Source of the DNA: Gammaproteobacteria bacterium
GTDB lineage: Bacteria; Pseudomonadota; Gammaproteobacteria; CBDBNL01; JAAOII01
DNA length: 64,000 nucleotides
Reading direction: 5' to 3'
Assembly: GCA_965207945.1 (NCBI GenBank)
Contig: OZ242303.1
Coordinates: 1,280,935-1,344,934 of the forward strand
Positions within the stretch are counted from its first letter, which is position 1, and each line of letters begins with the position of its first letter. Below the pieces are notes generated by a model that ran no database searches, was not told where the DNA came from, and was given only the letters and a program-made list of their open reading frames with translations. Position numbers and translations under genes: made by a program. Positions 56,800 to 64,000 of this stretch are shown one piece after another.

Positions 56800-57990
56800 A
56801 TGCCAATACCAATAGAGGATTGGCTAACTTACTTTCATTGCGGTATTTCTGCGGCTCGGGCTTTGGCTTATCCGTCGCAGGATTTACCTCAATATTCATC
56901 TTCCGCGGATAAGGATTACTTAGCCGCAACTATTCAACAGGATCTTTGCTGGGAGCAAAGTAGCCCTCATAATCATCTTATATCTTATGAAGATGAACGC
57001 TATCCTGTCTTACTAAAACAAACTAAAGGAGCGCCGGCGCTTCTTTTTGTGCGCGGCGACCCTACGCTTTTACGTTTCCCACTTTTTGGCATAGTCGGCT
57101 CACGCAAGCCCACGCGTGAAGGCGTCCAGAATGCTGCCTCGTTTAGCTCGTCTCTGGCGGACTATGGCATCTGCATTGTAAGTGGCTTGGCTTATGGCAT
57201 AGACGCGACTGCTCATATTAACTCTTATGATAAAAGAGGCAAAACAATTGCGATTATAGGGACTGGTATTGATATAACCTATCCGCGCGCCCATCACACC
57301 CTTGCCAATAAAATAGTTGATAATGGCGGGGCTATTGTTTCAATCTTTCCACGCTCTGTGCAACCGCTTAGGCAAAACTTTCCTCAACGTAACAGAATCA
57401 TTAGTGGGATGACACTCGGGCTGCTAGTAGTGGAAGCCGGCTTGGCAAGCGGCGCTATGATAACGGCTCGGCTCGCCGCTGAGCAGGGACGCGAGGTTTT
57501 TGCCATACCTGGTTCTATTCACTCGCCATTATCTGAAGGCACCAACAAGATGATACAAGATGGCGCCAATCTAACCACAAATCACCAAGATATAATCAAG
57601 CATCTGGAGCCAGTATATCAAAGCTATGGAATGGCAATCAAGCATCAACTGGCGGGAAGTATTGGGAGCGCTGCAAGGAATGATGCAGGCGGAGGAACTG
57701 CGAGAAGTAGCCAGAGTGGCGAATTATCTGGGGGTTTATTTGAGGGTGTGGCTTCGGGAGCAGCTGATGAGCTGCCTGGCAAGCATCCTGATAAGCTGCC
57801 CGATGGAACATCTACTATAAATCAGCAGATACTTCTGGTCTTGGATAAAGGACCTTTATATGCAGACCAGTTAGCTGAGCTTACTAAAGAACCAGTCAGT
57901 AGCATCAACTCGGCACTGGTTGAACTTGAACTGAGCCAGCTAATATACCAAGAAAACAACCTCTACCACAAAACACTTAATGGTGTTTGA
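56800..57990 (+). CDS. dprA: DNA processing protein DprA (Smf)
   Basis: Rossmann-like DprA core GIVGSRKPT...VSGLAYGIDATAH; C-terminal winged-helix region. Confidence 0.85.
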   Translation: MPIPIEDWLTYFHCGISAARALAYPSQDLPQYSSSADKDYLAATIQQDLCWEQSSPHNHLISYEDERYPVLLKQTKGAPALLFVRGDPTLLRFPLFGIVGSRKPTREGVQNAASFSSSLADYGICIVSGLAYGIDATAHINSYDKRGKTIAIIGTGIDITYPRAHHTLANKIVDNGGAIVSIFPRSVQPLRQNFPQRNRIISGMTLGLLVVEAGLASGAMITARLAAEQGREVFAIPGSIHSPLSEGTNKMIQDGANLTTNHQDIIKHLEPVYQSYGMAIKHQLAGSIGSAARNDAGGGTARSSQSGELSGGLFEGVASGAADELPGKHPDKLPDGTSTINQQILLVLDKGPLYADQLAELTKEPVSSINSALVELELSQLIYQENNLYHKTLNGV

Positions 57991-58002
57991 ATTAATTACG
58001 AT

Positions 58003-58080
58003 GGTCTGTAGGGGCGGAGCCGCGCTCCGCCCGCAAAATGCCTAATACTTGCGATAAATCATAACCATGCTCGCGATGAA
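58003..58080. mobile_element. REP/MITE-like element, copy 3 (inverted orientation)
   Basis: ggtctgtaggggcggagccgcgctccgcccgcaaaatg, followed by ccatgctcgcgatga. This is the reverse complement of the tcatcgcgagcatgg flank of copy 2. Confidence 0.6.
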
Positions 58081-58253
58081 CTCCTGCATGACGTCCAAAT
58101 TCTTGCGACGCCCACACCATATTCACCCCATAAACAAAACTAAGGCAATTTACCCCTTGAATTAATAATAAAAGCCCTTATAAAGATTAATAACAATAAG
58201 AAGTACTGTGTTAAGGAAAAAGTGCTTATACATTTTATAAAGTAAATAATATA

Positions 58254-59073
58254 ATGAAAAATAATCATGTAGTTCGTGATCCTATACACAAATTTGTTAG
58301 TTATACTAACGAAGAAAAAGCAGTCATTGATTCCCCTCAATTCCAACGCTTACGAGATATTCATCAACTTGCTATGACCTATCTCATCTATCCAGGAGCC
58401 AGCCATAAACGTTTTGAACATTCATTGGGCGTTATGGAACTCGCCACTAATATATTTGATGTTGTTATGGATGACGATAATCTAACCAAGAGATCCCGAG
58501 AAGTATTTCAAGAACAATTGCGCGACAAGCAATATTGGCGACAGACATTACGCATGGCAGCATTATGTCATGATGTAGGACATTTACCTTTTTGGAGCAG
58601 ATCGAATGGACTATTTATTGCGAGATTCATATCATGTCGGAGTACCTTATGGATTGGTGGATAAAGATAGATTGGTTCGCTCGTTACGTATCTTAGATAT
58701 ACCTTTGAAGGATAATAATGAGAATATTCCTTTAGGAATTCATGAAAAAGATTTACCTTTGGTAGAATCTTTATTAATGTCCCGCCATTGGATGTATAGT
58801 CAGGTTTACCAACATCCTACCCGCAAGATATATGATGAGCATTTACAGGATTTTCTTAAGGAACTTATGAAAGAAGAGAATTTTAAAGTTAATGAGGATA
58901 AGCCAGAAGGATATTTGCGATGTACGGATACTGATATATTAAAGGAATTATTTATGATACAAGATAATTCCGAACACCGCTTACATAATCACTCTAATAA
59001 ATTGCTAGAAAGAAAGTATCGATTTAGATTAGTATATAAACAAAATATTATAATCATTTCTATATTTTATTAA
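58254..59073 (+). pseudogene. HD-domain phosphohydrolase (dNTP-triphosphohydrolase-like), disrupted by frameshift/internal deletion
   Basis: ORF 58254-58664 has RDPIHKFV...HKRFEHSLGV...ALCHDVGHLPF, then goes out of frame. ORF 58606-59073 in another frame starts ..DRMDYLLRDSYHVGVPYG (the DxxDYLxRD motif normally lies tens of residues after GHxPF). Confidence 0.5.
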
Positions 59074-59116
59074 CATTTAATATAGAATATATAAGTTATT
59101 ATTAAAGAGGTATATT

Positions 59117-59686
59117 ATGGAAGAAAAGGATAGAGTTAATTTTATTTGTTTTTTGCTCGGCGCACTAAAAGATAAAAATGGTTGGGCTGGGATGACTCAC
59201 TTGCAACAAGGATGTTATATTGCACAGCGAATGTTAGGCGTTCCTTTAGATTATAAATTTATACAGTATACTTATGGTCCTTATGCTTTTGACTTAAGAG
59301 ATGAGGTGCGTATGTTAAGAGATCATTTTATACTTATTCAGGGCTTCCCTCCAGTTGGCTATGGATGTTCTTACGATTTTTATGAAGATATAGAAAAGTG
59401 GGTTGAAGCAAAAAAAGATAATTGCAAGTTCAAAGATGAAATTAATTTTATTGCTGGCTGGTTTTTAGATAAACCAGTTGGTATATTGGTAGCGCTGGCA
59501 GCGGCTTATATGATAAATGAGAAATATCCTGATGCTGGACGAGAAGAAAGAATAAAAAAGCTTATTGCATGGAAGCCATTTATGACTGAACCTGAAGCAC
59601 TTAGCTGTTTTGAAGATGTTGAGGCAAGAAATAAAGAAGTAGAGGAAGTGGAGTTTATTAATAATAAAATTAGCGTCTCAGGATAG
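59117..59686 (+). CDS. Panacea-domain (DUF4065, SocA/PanA antitoxin-like) protein
   Basis: MTHLQQGCYIAQRMLGVPLDYKFIQYTYGPYAFDLRDEV fits the Panacea consensus (hLQKLLYyAq..L..g.pLf...f.AwkyGPv.p.lY). Confidence 0.5.
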   Translation: MEEKDRVNFICFLLGALKDKNGWAGMTHLQQGCYIAQRMLGVPLDYKFIQYTYGPYAFDLRDEVRMLRDHFILIQGFPPVGYGCSYDFYEDIEKWVEAKKDNCKFKDEINFIAGWFLDKPVGILVALAAAYMINEKYPDAGREERIKKLIAWKPFMTEPEALSCFEDVEARNKEVEEVEFINNKISVSG

Positions 59687-59703
59687 GCGCGCAACACAGC
59701 TCT

Positions 59704-60729
59704 TTAAAAATGTTCGCTGATATTAGAAGTGATGGTATCTACAGAAACCTCCAACGACCGCTTAAACGGCTCTTTTCTAATCGGACATTTCTTCACTTTA
59801 CAATATTTACACATAATCGGACGGCAAGGGTCAAAATGAAGTATAACCTCACCATTGCCTTGAGGAATTAAGAGATTGGCAACATCTTCTCTTATCTGAT
59901 GCAGTTGTTTTACATCATAATAAGAGGGAACTACCAAGTGCGCATCTACATAAAAAGAATAGCCCGACTTCCAGCTGCGCAGATTATGAAAGTTTATCCA
60001 AGACGGCTTGGAGTGTTTAGCCAAGGATTCTGTAATACTCTGCAGCTGCCCTTCATCTGCAGTGTTCATTAACTGATTTACCGCATTTTTTGTTACACTC
60101 CATCCAGTGTAAAACAAAAGCAGTGAAACCAAGATTCCGATAATCGGGTCTACAATCGCCCAACCAGTAAAGTGAACTATAGTCAAGCCCACCAAGATTC
60201 CCACCGAAGTCCAAACATCAGATAATACATGCTTGCCATCCGCAACCAAAGCCAAGGAGTCCAATCGCTTGCCCTGACGAATTAAATAATATCCCAGCAC
60301 CGCATTAACCACACTGGCGCCTAAAACTATAATAAGCCCTATTTCCAAGCGATAGATTGAGGGACCTTCTATGATCTGCCCAACACTTTCAATAACTATA
60401 ATGATAGCTGCCATGATAATCATGGCTCCTTCTACGCTGGAAGAAACGCCCTCCACCTTGCCATGCCCATAAGGATGATTTTTATCTGCGGGGGTGCTGG
60501 CTATTTTAATTGACCATATAAGTATGGCGGCTGCAACCAGATTAACTATGGATTCTAAAGCATCGGATAAAACAGCTACTGAACCAGTTATGAGATATGC
60601 GGCAAACTTGGCGACTAATAGCAGCAATGCCACTGCTAAAGAAATTAAAGCGCAATTTAATCTCTGACGAGATTTTTGCTTGGATTGAGAGTTAGGCAAC
60701 CCCCTGTTGGGAATGTTGTTTGTCTGCAT
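59704..60729 (-). CDS. cation diffusion facilitator family transporter (probable start MQTNN...)
   Basis: 6 TM helices, CDF signature in TM2 ([18 protein letters not shown]), HPYGHGK. Cys-rich C-terminal tail [14 protein letters not shown]. Confidence 0.75.
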   Translation of the reverse strand: MQTNNIPNRGLPNSQSKQKSRQRLNCALISLAVALLLLVAKFAAYLITGSVAVLSDALESIVNLVAAAILIWSIKIASTPADKNHPYGHGKVEGVSSSVEGAMIIMAAIIIVIESVGQIIEGPSIYRLEIGLIIVLGASVVNAVLGYYLIRQGKRLDSLALVADGKHVLSDVWTSVGILVGLTIVHFTGWAIVDPIIGILVSLLLFYTGWSVTKNAVNQLMNTADEGQLQSITESLAKHSKPSWINFHNLRSWKSGYSFYVDAHLVVPSYYDVKQLHQIREDVANLLIPQGNGEVILHFDPCRPIMCKYCKVKKCPIRKEPFKRSLEVSVDTITSNISEHF

Positions 60730-61666
60730 GATAAGAAGAACGAACCAACGGACCAGAAGCCACATTCATAAATCCCATTTTATCACCAAGGGCGGCATAG
60801 TATTGAAACTCGCGCGGATGAACATAACGGGCAACTGGAAGATGAGATAAGCTGGGTTGCAGATATTGTCCTATAGTTACCATGTCCACTTTATGCTGAC
60901 TCAGGTCAAAAAGCATCTGTTCAACTTCTTCCATTGACTCGCCCAAGCCAACCATTATGCCCGACTTTGTAGGGATGTTAGGACGTCTTTCCTTGAACAA
61001 GCGCAACAAGCGCAAAGACCATGAGTAGTCGGAACCAGGACGAGCTTGACGATACAGCCGTTCCACCGTTTCCAGATTATGATTAAATACATCGGGTGGG
61101 GTTTCCTCCAATAGTTTTACTGCAACATCCATTCTGCCACGAAAATCAGGGACTAATATCTCTATTTTAATGTTTGGTGATTTAGCGCGAATTGCTGTAA
61201 TGCATTTAGCAAAGTGGTCAGCGCCGCCATCCAACAGGTCATCGCGGTCTACTGAAGTTACCACCACATACTTGAGATTCATATCGGCAATAACTTTGGC
61301 AAGATTTTGTGGTTCTTTCTCATCAAGCGCTAAGGGACGACCATGAGCTACATCGCAAAAAGGACAACGGCGCGTGCATATATCCCCCATAATCATAAAG
61401 GTGGCAGTTCCGCCGCTAAAGCATTCGTTCAAATTGGGGCAGGATGCTTCCTCACATACGGTGTGAAGATTATGACTGCGCAGCACCTGTTTAATCTCTT
61501 CTACTTTGGGGTTTAAAGAAATTTTGATCCTTATCCAATCTGGCTTACGGATAGGGTCAGTAGTTGGTAGTATTTTAATCGGAATACGCGCCATTTTTTC
61601 AGCAGCACGCAGTTTAACTCCGCTTGCTATCGGCACATTTTTGCTCGTAATAAGATTTTCAGCCAT
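60692..61666 (-). CDS. lipA: lipoyl synthase
   Basis: [12 protein letters not shown] and radical-SAM [12 protein letters not shown] cluster motifs. Confidence 0.95.
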   Translation of the reverse strand: MAENLITSKNVPIASGVKLRAAEKMARIPIKILPTTDPIRKPDWIRIKISLNPKVEEIKQVLRSHNLHTVCEEASCPNLNECFSGGTATFMIMGDICTRRCPFCDVAHGRPLALDEKEPQNLAKVIADMNLKYVVVTSVDRDDLLDGGADHFAKCITAIRAKSPNIKIEILVPDFRGRMDVAVKLLEETPPDVFNHNLETVERLYRQARPGSDYSWSLRLLRLFKERRPNIPTKSGIMVGLGESMEEVEQMLFDLSQHKVDMVTIGQYLQPSLSHLPVARYVHPREFQYYAALGDKMGFMNVASGPLVRSSYHADKQHSQQGVA

Positions 61667-61695
61667 AGTGGGTATTATAACCTATATGCGGTGGA

Positions 61696-63057
61696 CTAAT
61701 TGTTAAGTCGTTGATACAGGTTGTCTAGCTGAACTAACAGAATTTCATTATCTGCGGCTTCTTCTTTGGCTAACTGTATGCTTTCGTGCATTTGTTTTTT
61801 AGCCCCTGTCAATAGTTGATAGACAGAACGGGAACGGAATATATTGAATTTATCTTCTAATTTACTGTAGTAAAAAGAAAGCTTGAGCCATACGTCGGGA
61901 TTCTCTGGTGTGGCAGCAGCCAACTTTTCCATCTGTGCTGCTGCCTTGGTGTAATCTTCCTGCTTGGCATAAGCAAGAGCAAGAAAATAGTATAAAAAAC
62001 CTTCACGAGAAGAGTAGCGCAATTTGTAATTTATACTGGTGATTGCCTTCTCGGTTTGTCCTGATGCAATCATAGATTCAAGATAGGAGCAGTAGAGAAT
62101 CACCGAAAATGGATAATCCTTATACAGCGATTCCAATATCTTGCTGGCTTGCAGGTGTTTATTACGCTTTTGTAATTGCAGAACTCGGGTATACTCGCCA
62201 TCCGCTCCATAACCTGAGATAATCGGCAGAGTTCCTAAAATAGCCCTAGCACGCAGCCGAACAAAACTATAATCGCCAGAAGTATAGAACTTTTGACTAC
62301 GCTGCTGCCCTGCTCTTAATAATGCATAATTAACCCTATCTGAAGTAAGGGGGTGAGTGCTGGCATATCCAGCAATTTCTTGATTACCACTGAGGGCGTT
62401 TAAGCGGGAGAACATATTTGCCATCTCGGATAAATCAAAATTACTATTGCGCAAAAATACCGTTGCCTGACTATCTGCCTCTCGTTCAAAACGACGCGAT
62501 AAACTAAGATATGATTCTAATTGATAATTAGCGCCACCATAAATGGCAAGCGCCGCCAGTGGAATATTGCCACTTAGCAACAAGCCAATGCCAGTGAATA
62601 CCGAGACAAGCGCGGCGCTGTTTGTAGTCCTTGCCCTTTCCACTCGTCTAATGAAATGTTCTTGGCTAAGATGCGCCAACTCATGCGCTACAACTGAGGC
62701 AAATTCCCCTTCGCTTTCCGCTAATTGCAGCACGCCAAGATTAATACCCATAACTCCGCCAGGGACAGCAAAAGCATTAAAATTGGGGTTATCCATAAGA
62801 AGGATATTCATATCATACTTGGAGAGTTCCGGTCCTTGTTTGATTCTGCGCACTAATTCTTCAACATAAGATTGCAGCGCAATATCATTCACTGCCTTCA
62901 ATATCCTGTAGTTGCTTCTAAGCCAATTGCGTCCAAGCTGCTTTTCTTGTTCCGAAGATATGCGGGTGCCGGCGCCTATATCAGGCAAAGCAGAAACAGC
63001 GCTTGCAGAAAATGATGTGCATAGCATGAAGAATATGCCAGCAAAACATATTCTCAT
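61696..63057 (-). CDS. M48-family zinc metalloprotease with C-terminal TPR domain (BepA/YfgC-like)
   Basis: Signal peptide MRICFAGIFFMLCTSFSASA, HELAHLSQEH HExxH motif, C-terminal TPR-like helices. The upstream part of the track ORF overlaps tRNA-Arg and is spurious. Confidence 0.75.
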   Translation of the reverse strand: MRICFAGIFFMLCTSFSASAVSALPDIGAGTRISSEQEKQLGRNWLRSNYRILKAVNDIALQSYVEELVRRIKQGPELSKYDMNILLMDNPNFNAFAVPGGVMGINLGVLQLAESEGEFASVVAHELAHLSQEHFIRRVERARTTNSAALVSVFTGIGLLLSGNIPLAALAIYGGANYQLESYLSLSRRFEREADSQATVFLRNSNFDLSEMANMFSRLNALSGNQEIAGYASTHPLTSDRVNYALLRAGQQRSQKFYTSGDYSFVRLRARAILGTLPIISGYGADGEYTRVLQLQKRNKHLQASKILESLYKDYPFSVILYCSYLESMIASGQTEKAITSINYKLRYSSREGFLYYFLALAYAKQEDYTKAAAQMEKLAAATPENPDVWLKLSFYYSKLEDKFNIFRSRSVYQLLTGAKKQMHESIQLAKEEAADNEILLVQLDNLYQRLNN

Positions 63058-63062
63058 GAAAT

Positions 63063-63140
<78 letters not shown>

Positions 63141-63193
63141 AATGTTTATAAAACTGTGTATAAAATTTTATTGGGATGGCTATCACTTTTTTA

Positions 63194-64000
63194 TTAGTGC
63201 TTTTTCAATAACTTGATTAATGATGAAGTATCCAAATCTCCGTCACCCATCTTTTGCAGCTCCTCATAAAAGTTATCCACCTGTTTAGCTACTGGTAAGG
63301 TAACGCCTAATTTTTTTGCTTCGTCAAGAGCTATGCCAATATCCTTGCGCATCAGGTTTACGGCAAAACCAAAATCAAATTTGCTTTCCGCCATAGTTTT
63401 CCAACGGTTTTCCATTTGCCAAGAGCGCGATGCTCCTTGCGATACCGCTGCAAATACTTTTTCTGTGTCAAGCCCAGCCGCCTTAGCAAAAGCTAAACCC
63501 TCTGCCAGTGATTGAATTAAACCCAAAACACATAACTGATTAGCCATCTTGGTTAACTGCCCACAGCCGATATCTCCTATAAGCTGGATACTCTTGCCAT
63601 AAGCACTCATAACTGGCAAGGAGCGTTCAAAAATGCTCTTCTCCGCGCCACACATGATGGATAGTATTCCATTTTCGGCGCCGGCTTGACCACCAGAAAC
63701 AGGCGCATCCATAAAATTGAAACCCCTTCTTTGTGCTTCATTCGCCAATTTGCGCGCCGCATCTGCCGAAGCGGTGGTATGGTCAATAAAAACTGAGTCC
63801 TTTTTCATTGTGTGGAAAGCTGCTTGCTCTCCTAAGGCAATCTCAAATAAATCATCGTCTTTGGAAACGCATGACATGACAAAATCTTTGTCGCGCGCCG
63901 CATCTGCTGGAGTAGCTGCCGCAGCAACGGAATAATTTTTATATTGTTCACACCATGATTGCGCTTTGGTGGCAGTGCGATTATAAACTGTAACCTTATG
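63194..64000 (-). CDS. 3-hydroxyisobutyrate dehydrogenase / 2-hydroxy-3-oxopropionate reductase family oxidoreductase (5' end beyond window)
   Basis: C-terminal 6PGDH-like domain (DAPVSGGQAGAENGILSIMCGAEK; catalytic K in GCGQLTKMANQ). The frame stays open upstream of the first Met to the window edge (..TVYNRTATKAQSW..), matching the NAD-binding domain. Confidence 0.7.
   Translation of the reverse strand, partial: HKVTVYNRTATKAQSWCEQYKNYSVAAAATPADAARDKDFVMSCVSKDDDLFEIALGEQAAFHTMKKDSVFIDHTTASADAARKLANEAQRRGFNFMDAPVSGGQAGAENGILSIMCGAEKSIFERSLPVMSAYGKSIQLIGDIGCGQLTKMANQLCVLGLIQSLAEGLAFAKAAGLDTEKVFAAVSQGASRSWQMENRWKTMAESKFDFGFAVNLMRKDIGIALDEAKKLGVTLPVAKQVDNFYEELQKMGDGDLDTSSLIKLLKKH

Overview
This 64 kb window is a chromosomal segment of a proteobacterium (probably a gammaproteobacterium; core genes are about 45-50% GC). 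It holds housekeeping genes interrupted by a roughly 30 kb AT-rich accessory island at about 8.8-38.9 kb. The left core (1-8.8 kb) carries a partial MFS transporter, tRNA-Val and tRNA-Asp, a GT2 glycosyltransferase, zapE with odd low-complexity inserts, leuC with no adjacent leuD, a GT2/GtrA-like glycosyltransferase and valS. The valS reading frame does not stop at its normal end. It runs in frame into a 42-bp tandem-repeat array and about 17 TPR units, giving a 1730-aa ORF. That junction coincides with the left edge of the AT-rich island. The island has no integrase or transposase and is packed with defence-type genes. These are two KAP-family P-loop NTPases flanking a DUF262/DUF1524 (GmrSD-like) type IV restriction gene and a novel repeat-containing membrane protein. 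Next come a secreted alpha/beta hydrolase and a co-directional mod-mod-res-OLD array (two mosaic tandem type III-like Mod methyltransferase paralogs, a Res-like SF2 helicase/nuclease, and an OLD-family ATPase-Toprim nuclease). Then come an orphan TPR fragment and McrBC with an unusual N-terminal domain. After these sit two tandem FRG-domain/TPR fusion genes, each preceded by a conserved 19-codon upstream ORF whose TGA overlaps the TTG start of the main gene, and a free-standing paralog of the McrB N-terminal domain. The island ends at a REP/MITE-like palindromic element that recurs twice more downstream. The right core (38.9-64 kb) carries cca, a DCC thiol-disulfide oxidoreductase, mdh, a Ca2+/Na+ antiporter, two tandem secreted YHS-like paralogs, pssA, rpiA, znuA with a His-rich tandem repeat, a hypothetical GT-like protein, the Na+-translocating oxaloacetate decarboxylase operon oadGAB and tRNA-Pro. 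It continues with doxX, the aapJQMP amino-acid ABC transporter, a superoxide dismutase and dprA. A small AT-rich islet follows with a disrupted HD-domain gene plus a Panacea-domain (antitoxin-like) gene. The window ends with a CDF transporter, lipA, an M48/TPR BepA-like protease, tRNA-Arg and a partial 3-hydroxyisobutyrate-dehydrogenase-like gene. No CRISPR array and no rRNA were seen. The most likely novel-system candidates are the FRG-TPR pair with its coupled leader ORFs next to McrBC, the mosaic Mod duplication linked to an OLD nuclease, and the KAP/GmrSD cluster.
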